Below are positions 28,545 through 44,330 of a stretch of DNA of 64,000 bases, piece after piece (within the stretch, counting starts at the first letter, position 1; every line of letters begins with the position of its first letter). This DNA is from the human T2T-CHM13v2.0 reference genome, Homo sapiens, in NCBI RefSeq assembly GCF_009914755.1, contig NC_060932.1. The stretch is one strand, 5' to 3'. Made by a program: the position numbers and the translations under genes. The notes beneath the pieces were generated by a model that made no database searches, had not been told where the DNA came from, and saw nothing but the letters and a program-made list of their open reading frames with translations.

Positions 28545-28690
28545 TGCTGGGTTGAATGCTAAGTGTTTACCTCATTGGTTCCACACAACACACCAAATTG
28601 AGGACTGGAGGTGTTATGTAACTGGCTCAAAGTTATAAAACTCGTAAGAAGCAGAGGAAATTGAAACTGAGGATTATTGAACTCTAGACT
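28545..28690 (-). mobile_element. MIR fragment
   Basis: aaattgaggactggaggtgttatgtaactggctcaaagt resembles the antisense MIR core. Confidence 0.5.
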
Positions 28691-30244
28691 GCCTCCCATG
28701 TGGCCCAAATGCTCCAAACTAGGCCCCCGGTTTGGATATGAACGTGCACTGCCAGTGAGGATCTTCGAATGAGGTGTTCTGGGGTATGTAGGTTTCATGG
28801 CTGCTCCTGAAGCAATTACTGATTATCTCTAAGTGATCACTGGCATTAGCATTATTAAATGTCCAGTCACATTTAAGAAGCCATGTGGCTATGTGGCTTT
28901 GTCACATCTGTTGACCACAGAAAATGACTCAGTCTATTATCCTGACAAATTGAATTTCAATCCCTTGAGAAAGATACTCAAATTGGAAAATCATCTGCAC
29001 TTTTGCTTCCCTGCTACATCTCTGGCTTTACTACAATCATTTCTTAAAACTTCCAACAGAACAGCAACAGCTCTCACAATTGGCATGTTTTAAGGATCCT
29101 CTATCTGAATTATTTAGGAAAGCTGTAGAAAATGAAAAAACTAAGACTCAAGAGCAAGCTACTGTCTCTTTTAGAGGATGAGCTTCATACGGCTATTTTA
29201 TTCTTTTCCATGTTAGAAGCAAAGTTTTAAAAAATACTCTTTATGCTTTTATGCAAATGTTATGTGATTTTTAAAAGTATTATGCATAAAGACAATAAAA
29301 AATTAAAAGTAAATACTTTTTTTTTCATTAGCAGGTGTTCAGTAATGTGTCAAATCTTGATATACCTAATTTGTCTTCTTTCAACTTTACTTTTGGATTT
29401 CCTGATTCCAATTTTTCAAAAGTTGACAGACATCATGTTATTGTCACTAATTCCTCCCACTCAGCTCTCAGAGGTTCATTGTTCTGAGGGAGAAATTGTC
29501 ATCTCCCCTTTTCCCTCCACTGGCTCAGTTTAAGAAAGTGAGGCAGATTATGGGTCTTTTTTTTTTTTTTTTTTGCTTCAGCACAGGCTGGCATTTGATT
29601 CTGGAGTATCCCAAGACCTTTTCTAGAAAATTCCAACTCTTCTTCCTCTTCTCCTGCTCTTCAGTCTTCAGAGCCTCTTTGTGGTTCAAGGGGTGTGGGT
29701 AAAAGGGAGAGTTTGCTCGGCACCACTGGGAGGAAGCTCCTGAGCTGACCCTTAGGTACTGGGGAATACCTGTCCTAAGACAGTTAAGTGAGACTTTTCA
29801 AAACTGATGGATAGTATCTGGCTTCATCCACAGAGAAGACCAGCAGAATCGCTTGGATATTGGGACATTAGGCATACTCATCTAGAGCTCCTCCAACCCT
29901 CTCTTTTGAGTTCAGGGCATAACTTCTTCCATGGACCACTCAGTCAGTGACATTTCCATGGCTAGTTTGGTGCAGCGTGTGTGAGTTCTCTAACGCTGAC
30001 TGCTCAGCCCACTTCTGATAATTGTGGCCTGAGAAAACTTTAAGAATTTAAAGGAGTAATGTTGGTATTTCTGAAAACCTTTTGTTTCTAGTGGTCTAAG
30101 ACTGGCATTGAAGTCTAGGAGCCCAGTGGCATCCACGTAGAAGAATCAGCTTTGCAAGCCGAATGCATACAGCTGTTGTGGAGCCTTATGCTCCTACAAC
30201 TTAGTGGAGCATCTTTAAGTAAAAGAATACAGACATTTCTTACT

Positions 30245-30414
30245 CTTTCTTTCTTTTTTATTGTTTTTTTTGAAACAGAGTCTCAGTCTGTCACCCAGGC
30301 TGGAGTGCAGTGGTACAATCATAGCTCTTGGCCTTGAACTCCTGGGCTCAAGCAATCCTCCCATCTCCACTTCCCAAAGTGCTGAGATTACAGGCATGAA
30401 CCACCATGCCCGAC
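30245..30414 (-). mobile_element. Alu fragment (AluJ/monomer, internally deleted)
   Basis: gtcacccaggctggagtgcagtgg joined directly to ttgaactcctgggctcaagcaatcc. Confidence 0.85.
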
Positions 30415-31234
30415 CACTTTTCCTTACTTTATGAGATATAGAATCATGTGAACAAATTGCTAAAATCTTGGAAGGTGTCTTGAAGGTTAAGCATTTTAGC
30501 TTCCAGTCAATTCTTCCTCTGTCTCTGAGCAGCTCAATTGACTCTCTTCACCTGTGGACTTCTGTGACCTTGTGACTGTACTAGCATTTCATCTTAACTT
30601 TCCTGTCACACCATTGTTTCCTCATTCATAACTGTTTCTCAGTTATACACACTTATTTTGATGTGTATTTCTCTGTAGCCCACCCTCTCTCTACCTAACA
30701 AGAGTGATCTTACAAATTATTTTCTGGAACAGCTCAGTTTATGTTGTCCTGATAGTTATTAATAGAACTCTTTTTCACTATCAAAACTTCTATAGTTTAG
30801 ATGATAAGGTTTGTCACTTATTTATTGCTTTTAGTGACTTTTTTGAATACACTGACATTGCTCATACGAGATTGCCTAGTTTCTGGACATATTTATATTT
30901 CTTCCTAACTTAGTTTTGGCTCTCCACTGTCCTTCCCAGATTTAGTTAATATCTGAGCTGGAATCAGTCAGGATCCTGGGATTGGATGGATGTTTTATGA
31001 TTGATTGATCTTTGCAGCAATTTTAGCAAAGTATTCAGCCTTATTTGTGAAGCCATCAGTACGGAACAAACATTCATGACATCACAATTATCCCATCTCA
31101 AGTAACCAAACAGTACCCTGAACCCCCAAATTGCTCCTCCTCGTAATCCATCCTATGTAATGTCACATAAACTTGTCCAAGCCAGACACTTCCACTTACT
31201 GTAACAGAAGATGCAGTTCAAAAAGAAATATCTT

Positions 31235-31600
<366 letters not shown>

Positions 31601-31825
31601 CTATTTATGTGACATGTACCTTGACAAAATAGTTCGTATAAATATGATTTTAGGTCTGTTAGGTGTGTGAAGGAACAAGCAATAAAGAGATCAGAAAAAT
31701 TTCATGAAACTGCTTGTGCTCACCAAGCTTGTTTCATGTGTGACTCTTGTATAGACCAAATAGGAAGTGGCTGAGATCCTCAGGCTCCCTAGACAAGGGG
31801 AAATAGATGTTGTTGGTTGAAGTCA

Positions 31826-31990
31826 GGTCTTGGAGTCAGATCTGGTTTGAATCTGTTCTCTGCTACTTATAAACTGGCTGGGCTTGAGTTACTTAATGTC
31901 TCTGAGCCTTGGTTTTCTCATCTGTGAAACTGGCATAATGATGCCACCTGTCTCACAGGTTTATTGTAAAAATTAAATCAGACACTATTT
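31826..31990 (+). mobile_element. MIR
   Basis: tggagtcaga...ttacttaatgtctctgagccttggttttctcatctgtgaaa, the MIR core. Confidence 0.8.
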
Positions 31991-32397
31991 GTGTCCAGTA
32001 AGCATGCTGCTAAGGCATAACTGTCAGCATCATCCTCATCATCTGTGTGACTCTCTTGTAGTCTATTGACATTTTTGGCATCATTTTGAAAGAGTAGAAT
32101 CGTGGTTGTGGGAAAGCATTGAGGGTAAACCTTAGAAATAGCACACTTTAGCAGGAAAATGTGGAGCCCAGAAGCAGGAATCCAGGTTCTCTTACTATTG
32201 GCTTTGCAACCACAGGCAGGTTGCTTCTCTGTGTTTTAGGTTTCTCAGTTACCAGCGGTAGGTAGGGGTGTGAGAAACACCAGTGCCCTCACAGGTTACA
32301 TGTACCAAATGAAATCATACATATTAGATTATTTTTTTAAAATACAAAGTACTACATTCACATATGATAGGTTTGTGGTTATAAAGATTAAGGACCA

Positions 32398-32713
<316 letters not shown>

Positions 32714-32844
32714 TTATCGGCGAGGTGACTTGAACACCATTACTCGCATTTTGTTGTGTTCCACTTGTGTCTAATTCTGGCTGACTTGGCCATATCATTA
32801 TAAAAGACCAATGCATCAAAGAAGAACATTTCATTAATTAATTA

Positions 32845-32967
32845 TTTTATAGAGCCAGGGTCTTGCTATGTTGCCCAGGCTAGTCTCAAATTCCTGGCCT
32901 CAAGCAATCCTCCCATCTCAGCTTGCTGAGTAGGTGGGATTACAGGTGCAAGCCACAGTGCCTGGCC
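32845..32967 (-). mobile_element. FLAM / Alu left monomer
   Basis: agggtcttgctatgttgcccaggc...gtgcctggcc. Confidence 0.85.
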
Positions 32968-33149
32968 ATGAACATTTATTTTAATGTTACTTGACTTTTC
33001 ATTGCTTCCAGTGCTGGGGTCATGGGACTGGGTTCCAGCCCATGTACCCCCATCTAGATGTTGGACTTTGGGGAGGCCAGCTGACTTCTGTAGACACCTG
33101 TCCTCATTTCTGCATTGAGAAGTTGAGAATAGATCTTTCAAAGCAATCT

Positions 33150-33816
33150 ACGGACCACCTGCCTCCCGTGACCACTATAGTCTGAGTGGCCACTCTCTCT
33201 TGCCTGAAATGTTGCAAGTTGCAAGTCCTAATTGATTTATGTAATTTGCTGCTTTGACAACCACTTCTTCCACATCTGTTCTCACATCACAGGTCAAACT
33301 TTTCCAATGGACACCTTCAGTGTCTTCCTCTGCTCTTGGAATAAAAGACAAGCCCCTTCCCCTTCCTTAGGCTCCAAACCTGTCCTAGTCTGGGTGTCCT
33401 GCCTCTTCAGACCCTCTTCCCACCTCACCTCACCTGGGCACCCCCCAACTTCTAGCTCCACTAACTTCTTTCTGCCACAGTGCTATTACTGCCCCTTTGT
33501 CTGGTCAGCCCCTACTCAGCCTCCTGCCCCCAGCTCAAGTGCAATTTCCTCACAAAAGCCTCCTCAGGCCTCCCTGGACTGAGCAGGCCCCCACTCCTGA
33601 CTCTCCCAGGGCAGGACCTTTCCTTCCTAGCTCATGTCAGCATTGCAGTTTTATATTAGCTCATATGCTCATTCGATTCCTCCTTGCCTCCCGCTCTGAA
33701 CGTCACTCCTTGAGGACAGAAACCAGGTTTATCTTCATTCACTATGGATCCTCATGTACCTGGCATGTTGGAGGTGCTGGATAAATATTTTTTGAGTGCA
33801 TACCAAAATGAATGAA
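33150..33816 (+). mobile_element. L2 3' region
   Basis: CT-rich L2-like body ending cctggcatgttggaggtgctggataaatatttttgagtg...aatgaatgaa. Confidence 0.65.
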
Positions 33817-35525
33817 ATATACATGAACTATAAGGTAATTTTAAACATTTCACGTATTATGATTCTATGCTTTTTTATCCACCAACTCAGGGCTATTTAA
33901 TGTGATTCTTATGTGGGACATCCCAATAAAGCTCTATTATTTCTAGACGTCTAACTTCTCAGAGTCCAATACTAGGGATTTAGTAAATTAAGTGGACACA
34001 GGTATTCTGGAATTCTTTCAAGGATGTGAATTATGAGCCAATAAGGCAAGAATCAGGATTCCAGAAGAACCCAGTGGAACTGATGATGACCAAGCCTTCT
34101 CCATGGACTTTCTTTGGGTTGAAGCTGCCCAAAATCCCTGCCAGAATGATGCTGAAGTTAGGACCACACAGAGAGCCTGGCTGTTAGTCAGCACTTGGGT
34201 TGTAGGTGACTGCAATGCCCAGTCATCTTTATCCAGTCTAGGCCATGTTAACCCTCTCTTGCTCCTTCGCTCTTCCGGACGGGTGCCGTGATTCGCCTCT
34301 GAAAAGTCATGCAACCCTCTGGTGTGCACAAGCCCTAGTCTGCTTATTAAATCAGAATTCCAGGGGCAGCGGCTTGCCTGGTGGATGCCCCTCTCCCCAT
34401 CTCTCCTGGGCTTTGGCACTCATTCTGTCCCAGGAGACCTGCCTTTCAAGTCCCCAGAGTGACTCAGGGTGACTTCATACTGGGTTTCATTTTCATGTAT
34501 TCAGTTCAAGTACATTCTTTTAAAAGCTCTGCTTTTCATTGACAGTAAGAAAACTGCCCTGGTTTGTAGGTCTGACACAGGGCTTGGAAACTTCACTTTT
34601 TAAAAGGATCACAGGTGACTTTGATACAGATGCTCATGGACAAAGCTTTACACTGTTCTAGAAGCAGCAGTACCCACAGCTCAGGCATTCATGTTTCCTT
34701 TGAGCCAGCCTCAGGGATGAGTGAGTGTGGTGGAGGGAGCTAATTGGTGATAAATTGGTGGAATAGGTCCCTAGCCAAGGGCAAACCCAATTTTTTTTCG
34801 TCTAATATCCAGAGACAGTTCAGCTTCACTTGTTTGTCATATAACACCGTCTCTACCCTGCCTGCTGGTTGGAGCACAGTTGAGCATGTGAGGGTGTGCG
34901 GAGCTCCAATTATGTGCACTGGATTGATGGGGACACATCAGCCTTCACAGACAGCCAGGGAGGGTGAGAGCAGGCCAGATGACGCCCACGGTCACAGAAG
35001 TGTAGCAAGAGGAACATTCAGTTTGTTAGGGAAGCAGTGAGTGAAGTGTTATGAGATATTTATGTCTAGGAAGAGTGTGCTGGTTACCAAATTAATCCAA
35101 GCGTTCTTAAATGTTTTTCTAACTATACAATTATATGTGCTTATTATAGAGAATTAAGAAATATTTCAAAATAGGAAGAATAATATAAAATTCCTCTGCA
35201 AAGCAACTTCTCAGAAATAACTAGCAAAATTTTACGTATCCAATATGAAATATACATTAAACACATATTATTACAAATATCTGTTATACTATTTATATAT
35301 AAATATAGATTACATAATATTTATATGCTAAAATATGTTATGTATTTAATATTGGCAATACACAAAATATCACTATTTACATATACATGTGCACATATAT
35401 ATACACAGAAACACCCATAAATTTTGTTTTAAACTTGAAATAATAAAGTTTATATTTTGCTTTTTTTCACCTGACATTACATTGTGACATTTTCCCCATG
35501 AGATTTGATAGTCTTCAAATACATG

Positions 35526-35826
35526 TTTTTTTTTTGGTGGGGGAGGATGGAGCCTCACTCTGTCACCCAGGCTGGAGTGCAGTGGCGTGATCTGGCTTAC
35601 TGCAAGCTCTGTCTCCCAGGTTCACGCCATTCTCCTGCCTCAGCCTCCTGAGTAGCTGGGACTACAGGAGCCCACCACCACGCCCGGCTAATTTTTTTTT
35701 TTTTTTTTGTATTTTTAGTAGAGACGGGGTTTCACCATGTTAGCCAGGATGGTCTCGACCTCATGATCTGCCCGCCTTGGCCTCCCAAAGTGCTGGGATT
35801 ATAGGTGTGAGCCACCGCACGCGGCC
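35526..35826 (-). mobile_element. AluY
   Basis: gcaagctc, ttcacgccattctcc, gttagccaggatgg; TSD aaatacatgttttt / aaatacatgctttt. Confidence 0.92.
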
Positions 35827-37119
35827 AAATACATGCTTTTTAATAGCTATATGATATATGATGTCATGATAAAAATAAATTATTACTTGATTTTAGCCAT
35901 TTATATTGTTTCTAAATATTCATTATTATAAAAAATGCTTCAATGAGTGATCTTGAACTTAGATTTTAGTCTGTTTCTTTGATAATATTAAATTGTCATT
36001 CCTTTAATAAGTCAAAAGCAGGGATGATTGTGTTCTAATTTAGTGTCTTGCTGAAACTGAGTCAAGAAACATTTCCAAAGTGGAATTGTGGAATAGTGGA
36101 ATTGCTTTCTAAATATCTGATGTCAGAGGAAAGAAAGGAAGCTGGGAGAGCCCCCTTCCCACTGCACTGTCCCCGCCCATCACAGACAAAGGACTCTCCT
36201 CTCTCTGTCTACTGTGCATCTGCACAGCCAGTTGAGCCCTGGTTAGTTCTGGCATTTGTGGGCAGGGAAAGCACTGTAACTACTTTAGCAGCTATTTCAC
36301 TAAAGCTTTTCTGTGTGGCGTTCATGTATCTCAGAGGGTGTAGCCTGGCTCACAGAGTATCTGATTCCATGTAGCACAGCTTTGCTATGCTGGAGCCAGG
36401 GTGGAGAATTGTACCACAGTGTTAAGAAGACAGCCCACAGAACCTTGGCAGGCAGAACATCATGCTTTGAAAAAGTTAAAGATTGATGATAATTAGTTAA
36501 TGAGATGTCAGGCTCACTAAAGAGAGGAAATCATTAATTAGTACTTAATCTGTTTTTAGATATACTAGACTAGAGTCTTACAATTTCCAGCAGCATCAGC
36601 TTTAAACCATGACATGAATGCAAAGTGTAATTTCTACCAGCAGACTTTTTGTAATTATCTTATTAAAATATGCTTTGGTACACTGAAACAAACATTAGTT
36701 TTAGTTCAATTTTAATTGTGGGGAATGAGAATTTGGAGCACTGACTTAGAGTTTCTAAGGAAAGGGAAATTTCATAGCGATGTGTTTAGATTCACTCTCC
36801 TTCATCCACTGTAGAGGAGCTGGTTGCCCAAGCATTGCCTTTTGGCAGCTTCTCATGGGGAGGTGATGTCACATCTGCCTCTGAAGGCCCATTTGGAGGA
36901 GATCCTTGAGATGGACTGGGATCCACCCCATGCTCACCCCAGCTCTGTACTTTTCTTCTGCCTTCATCCCTGTGGCCTCCTGCCTCCTCTCGGTCGGGTC
37001 TGTCCTTCTCCTGTGTCTCTGGGGTATCCCTTGATCCACACACACAGCCCTGGCGTGGACCCGCCCTCACTTGCACTGTGCTCTTGGGTTGTGGGGGTCA
37101 CCATCAGGTGCTTCTGTCT

Positions 37120-37300
37120 GCTTGGGGCTGGCTCCCAGCTCTGCTCACTTCCTGTGCAAACTTGAATGATAGACTAAGATTCTCTAAGCCTCCATTTCTT
37201 CATCTACAAAATGAGGCTAATAACAGGAACAATGCCATCAGGTTTTCAGGATGAAATGAGGTGACAGACATTTGGCACACAGCCAGGATTCGTTGAGTGT
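37120..37300 (+). mobile_element. MIR
   Basis: ctctaagcctccatttcttcatctacaaaatgaggctaataa. Confidence 0.65.
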
Positions 37301-37566
37301 TTGCTCTTAGGAATATGATCATAGTTTGAAGTCAGTCAGTCGAAAGCTCTTTAAAGTCAGAGAATTGGCTTTGAGCTTTCTATTTCATCTCTGCAGGACT
37401 CAGCATGGGGTAGAACATCTGTAGATGCTGAATACTTGTCATTTGACTCTATTTCCTCGAGTTTAATGATTTTCTATTAGCACACCCTGGCTTTTTTGAC
37501 TGTGACCTGGGTGTTTCTGCCCAGGTAACAATGAGGCTGCAGCTGCTTTCTCATTTTACACATGAT

Positions 37567-37757
37567 CAGTGGTGCATTCATAAACGTTTTCCAACCAGTT
37601 CAAAAAAAAAAAAACAACCCACTGATTTGTGGTTTTCTTTGGTGTAAATAGTTTCATCATGGCCAACTTTGAGCTACCGTCGTGACAGGAACTGGCTCAC
37701 AAAAGCCCTCAAAGTTTTTGCAGTTGACATTCTTGAGCTGCTTGACCTACATACTGC
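37567..37757. mobile_element. MER63-like hAT DNA transposon remnant
   Basis: cagtggtg...ctgatttgt...ggtgtaaata...catggccaactttgagctacc resembles the recalled MER63 consensus. Confidence 0.6.
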
Positions 37758-38544
37758 AACTGGACTCCTCTAAAAGTAGAAACCAGGGGGCTTCAGTGGC
37801 GCCTAACACTGACGTCAGAATTCACAAGGGTGAGCTGGTGTTCTGAGTGGCATTTAGCTTTCATGAGACCTTGAATCAAATCCGAATTCACATCTGACAT
37901 TTATCCTGCACATCACAGGGCAGCATTGTGGACAGTGTTGTTGGTCTTCCTCACCATCCTGGGTGTCTCAATGAGAAATGTCAAAATTCATCTGCTTTAC
38001 AGGTTATTTCATCGAAGGGAGAAAGAACACTTGTTTGCCATATGATGCGTAAAATGGGTCTAATTAGCCACGGATCTAATAGCAAAGCATTCTTTGAATT
38101 GAGGTTTGATCCTGCAGAATACTTTTTCTTTCTAAGCCATCGTTCATCGTTAAATGCATAAGGACGGTACAGGCCATGTCCCTTGCAGTATTCCCAAAGG
38201 CCTGCTGCATACAGCCACATGGGTCATACAGAGCACAGCTCCGGAGATGCCCCTCACGTCAGCTCCGATAAGAATGATGCCTGTGGAGCTGTGCAATGCT
38301 GCTGCTCTTTCTATTTTTACTTATATGTATTCCCTACTCAAAGAAGTTGACAACTAAATAGCTAGAAAATGAGAAATGTCAGAAGTGTCTAGCACACATT
38401 TCTAGAGCAGTTTCTCAGAAAAAGGGTCACCCCTGTTTAGCCTATGGCAGATGAATTGCCTTATCCAATACAGAAAAGACTTGAGTAGTTACCACATACA
38501 AGAACTCTGCTAGGTGCAACTATAATATTAAGATGCCTTAAGTA

Positions 38545-38867
38545 GGCCGGGTGTGCAGTGGCTCACACCTGTAATCCCAGCACTTTGGGAGGCCAATGCC
38601 AGTGGATCACTTGAGGTCAGGAGTTCAAGACCAGCCTAGCCAACATGGTGATACCCCGTATCTACAAAAAATACAAAAATTAGCCAGGTGTGGTGGCATG
38701 TGCTTATAATCCCAGCTACTCGGGAGGCTGAGGCAGGAGAATTGCTGGAATCCGGGAGGCAGAAGTTGCAGTGAGCAATATTTCGCCACTGAACTCCAGC
38801 CTGGGTGACAGAGAGAGGCTCTGTCTAAAAGAACAAAACAAAACAAAAGACAAACAAAAAAATATAA
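38545..38867 (+). mobile_element. AluS (Sz-like)
   Basis: Dimer; TSD taagatgccttaagt / taagatgccctaagt. Confidence 0.92.
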
Positions 38868-39149
38868 AATAAGATGCCCTAAGTGCCCAGCAAAAATCTG
38901 TGGCTGCCTATCACCCTGTCCATTTGTGAGTTAAATTGTACACCTCAGTGTATTCTATCGTGAACCCTTCTGGGTACAATAGAGGTAACAAAAAGGCACA
39001 GAGCACAGGCCACCCTCAAAGAGCTTCCTACCTTTTCAAGAAACCCACATGTGTGCATATGCATCCTGTGGGAATAATATAGTAAACACGCCACTCTGCA
39101 GTGACATGCCGACTTGGTTTAAAGCCCAAACATTTAAGAAGACATCTGT

Positions 39150-39330
39150 TTAGATGAATGTGGTCCATTTTAATATAGTTGCTCTTGGAATCTGAATAAT
39201 TATTTCAATGTTGCTGCTATTGTACAAATTATATTTGCATTTTCTTTTTTGGAATTGCCTGCAGAGTCCATGACATGTCCTTGTGAATATCCACAGTTAA
39301 TGCAGTTTTTTCAAGGGTAGATTTAGGGCG
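39150..39330. mobile_element. Ancient mariner-like (MARNA-like) fragment
   Basis: ttttaatatagttgc...ttttggaattgcctgcagag...gaatatcc resembles the recalled consensus. Confidence 0.4.
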
Positions 39331-39385
39331 AATTCTTTGATAAATGTATAGGTTTATAAGCTGACTATGAAGGTACAGCAAATAC

Positions 39386-40052
<667 letters not shown>

Positions 40053-40737
40053 TCATTTTGAGAAGTACAGGAAGATAAATATGAGCAGAAGAAAGCAGAG
40101 ACAGATTATGGAGGACCATAAATGTTCATTTAGAAACGAGATCCACGGGTAGGAAACAATTGCATGTTCTGTAGAAGGCAAGAGATACGGTATGCTTTCA
40201 TACGAGTTGTCCGGCACCTCTTCTACTATAAATAAAAAAGGAAATAGACTTAATCAAAACAGGCCAAGATGACTTTTTAGGGGAGTACTTTTGCTAACAT
40301 GCTGTTTCTTGGATTGTAAATCCTGAACACCAGGGGGCAATTCCTGTGCCTGCTTGATATACAGTTCCCTTGCTGGAAACCTCAGGTCGGTGAGGACAGT
40401 GTTTGTGGAATAAAGGGAAGAGGAATTTGTTTCTTGCCTTGATGCACTTTCAGCAACTTTGCATCCTTAGGGCTACTATTTCTTAAGATTTGACAAGGAA
40501 TAGAAAGGTATATTACATCTGGGATAGGAATAGAGCATTAGAAAAGTATTTGATCAATTTAAATTATGCATGACTCTAAACAGCAGAAAATTAAGTCAGT
40601 GGTCTTGGAGGCTGGCTAGTAATGGAAACCTGCTACAGTATACTTAGTGTATAGACACAGTCTATTTCTAGTATAGTGATGACAATGTAGTCCAAAGTTT
40701 GCTGCTTGAGATGGCTTTAATGAAATAGATAGCTTGA

Positions 40738-40812
40738 TTCTCCCTCCTCTTTCCCCTCCTCCTCCTCCTCTTCTCCTCCTCCTTCTTATTTCTTCTTTTC
40801 CTTTTCCTTATT
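40738..40812. repeat. CT-rich / (CCT)n low-complexity tract
   Basis: Near-pure pyrimidine run. Confidence 0.85.
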
Positions 40813-41034
40813 TTGTTTGAGACCTATTTAACTTAAGCATTCATTGAAGCATCTTTTTCAGATTTTGTCAACGTCAATACAGCATTGATCGTAATTGAAC
40901 TATAGATAGAGCCTACTGGGACCAGACAATCAAACTTGAAATTAGAATTGATGCTATGTGAATCTATAATTTTTATCTACAGATTCTCATTTCTATTTGT
41001 TCCATCATTTGACTTTCCTGATGATAATAACTAG

Positions 41035-41398
<364 letters not shown>

Positions 41399-43943
41399 TG
41401 AACCCTGAGTTTAGCCATCTATGTATAAGTTGACATTTTGCATAACTTATATTTTCGGGGTCTCTTCTTATCACTTTCTGTCTTTGCAGCTAAAACCAGG
41501 TTGCCATTTAGGAATGGCTCTTTGCAATTTTTATTTGAATGAAAAATTTCCTATGATTTCATGTAGTTCTCCACATCTTTAATGTATCAGAATTTAAAAT
41601 AAACTACAGATTGCTCAGTTCAATAGATACAATGTTTATATATACGATGATACATGTCAATATATATATAAGGTTTTAGACTTAAGTAAAATATTGATTA
41701 GATGAAATAGAAATAAATTAATACAAATCTCTGCCCATGTTATGTCAGAGTAATTAATATACTATACTTACACATTATTACATATAAGGCCCACATATGA
41801 TGTTTTATATGTAATCCTAGTATGAGTCACCATTTTGGAAATAAATCATCATTATGAACCAAGATGTACATATTTTTAAACATACAAAGCCAAATTCTTG
41901 CCTGTCTGCAAGTTGAAACACATGGGCAATTAACGGTACTTCAGAAAACTGAAAAAGATCTCTTAAGGATTTATAAAAGTTTGTTAAATTTTTAGCATTT
42001 TTAGCAACACACTTCCAGACCTAAAGCCATCTGAGGCTTCTCTATTTTGCTAGTATCTGAGACATGTTAAAGCTCTATTTAGCGCTAGAAGTTTTGACCA
42101 TTTGCTCTCTAGAGCCACCCCATCTGCTCTGGAGCCTGTGGAGGGTGGGCAAGGCTGCACCCTGGGGGCTGGTCCTTGCTCAGAGCCTCTCTGTAGCTTA
42201 GGGGGAGGCTGCACCTTGTTCCAAAGCAACACAGACCTCTCTCTGCTTAACCTAAAGAGACATGAGGTGCCAGGAGCCACAGGGCAGGGCAGTTTTATTG
42301 TGGTGATTCTGTGTTAGTGACAATGCTGAGTCAGTGTGTCACTTTCAACAGGCATTTTAAATTTCCTTTGGATATTGTGATCACTCTTCCAGCAGGTCCC
42401 TCATTCCTATCCCGTCAACTTCCATTTCTCTTTACTCTCATTGATCATGTAATAAAGCAATGGGAAATTTCCTGAAACAACTTTTATTTTTATAACCTTA
42501 CTCTGTGGTGTATCTATGCACAACGACTAAAGGAGTGGAAGCTCATTACCAGTAACGTTTTCGAGGACTTTAAAACCAACTTTTCTGTGCTGAGCTGTCT
42601 GGAAGTTCCTCATGATACCGGTGACCACATTTTTCTTATCATTTTCTTATGAAGTTATTTTGAAAATTTTCCCATCCAAATGGACCAGTGGGTGGACAGG
42701 GGACACAATTACTAATAAACTATGTAATCATTTACAATATAAAGTGGGAGAACTTCAACCAGGTTTTGGCAGCTAGCTGGTAACACTCCTGGTAACATAA
42801 AAAGGTATCTTGCTGTTAAAAAAATAAGTTTTGAAATAGTAAACTCATGACGGAAATCTTAAGTTATTTAAACATTTTCCAAAGGACATAGTCATCCCAA
42901 GAGCAATAGAATTGAAATAGGAACATTGTTAATTTATGTTGGGTTAAAAATACTTTGCATATTTAATGTTAATTTTAGCTTTAGCTTTTGCTCAGAAGTT
43001 CTGCAAATACCTGAAGGGATTTCAGCTTGCTCACCACCTCTCCTACACACCCCTGTCAAATGGCATGGACTGCTATTGTTATCAGTTTTAGTAGTCGCGT
43101 TATTTTCCATGTGAAGTCAGAGTTTAGAAGCGCTGCTCTTTTACCACTTTGGATGATTCCTACACTTCCTGGGAGGGAAGGATGACAATAGTCATATTGA
43201 ATTTGTGTTCCATTTTGTCTCCTTTTCTTTAAAATTTTGCCACTGAAAGTGCAGAATATCTGAAACAGAATGAAACCTCACTGGAAAATACAGTCTGTTA
43301 GTGAGTGCTGGTGATACAACTTACCCCAAAGGAACAAGTTCAAATTCTGAAGTTCATACCTTGGTGAGGGTGAGATAAGTTGCCTTGCTGTAGCATGCAT
43401 TGATGTCTAAGTATGCCTTAGGAGGAAATAATAATGCACATGTTGATTGTTAAAAGTACTATCTGCTCCATAGAAACCTGGAATCTTTTGCAAAGTCCGT
43501 GATACTTTGAAACACGAAAGGCTGGAAGTGTCATTAGCTGGGAAGGATGAATGCAGCAGCTATTGGAAGGATAAACAGAAGGTCCAGGTGGGAGCCGATT
43601 CTCCAAGGAGCTCGCTTCTTTGGTTCTCAATGGGATGGTGGAAATAAGCTTCAGACATGAAGAAGTCTGAAGTGGGTTAAGGTTCCAGTTCTCTTCTTGA
43701 GGAGTCTTCTGTCTTCCTGGTCCCAAACGCAGACCATTTTATGAAAGGCCTTTACCAGGCAGCTTTTCAGCTTCTGGAGAAACATTTCCTGTCAACTGGG
43801 CTCCACCTGCAGAGATGAGACACAGCTTGGGCAGAAGCATGGACCTCCAGGGCCTGAAACTGAGCACAGAAGACCTATCTTCTTTGTAAAATACATGAAA
43901 TATTATTTTACAGTGATGACAACAACTTTAGTAGAGCCCAGAA

Positions 43944-44330
43944 GTTTATTGAGTGCCTGCCTACTCTGTGCCAGGCCCTGCTCCAGGCCCTGAGGGTCTT
44001 AACAGTAAGATTGAGCCAGCTCATGTCCTGGATGAGCTGATATTTTATGGAGGGAGACAAACAATATGCTAGGAAACAAGAGAAAAATAAGATAAAGACA
44101 GAGATGATGGCAGATTCAGATTAGTGCAATAGAAGACGCTAACGGGATTCCAGGAGACAAGAACTTGTTTCAGATGCAATGTAGGTAAGGTGATTCAGGA
44201 AGGCCTTTCTGTAGGCGTACATCTCATTGCAAAGGATGAGAAGAATCTAGAAATGGGAAGAACCAAAGGACAAGCATTCCTGGCAGAGAAAACAGCAGCT
44301 GCAAATATGCTGAAGCCCTTTGCATTCTGA
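43944..44330 (-). mobile_element. L2 3' end
   Basis: tttattgagtgcctgcctactctgtgccaggccctg...ggaaggcctttctg, an antisense L2 terminus. Confidence 0.7.

Noticed and set aside
40639-40675. Imperfect inverted repeat tatacttagtgtatagac...gtctatttctagtata
   Set aside because: Short, AT-rich and mismatched; expected by chance.
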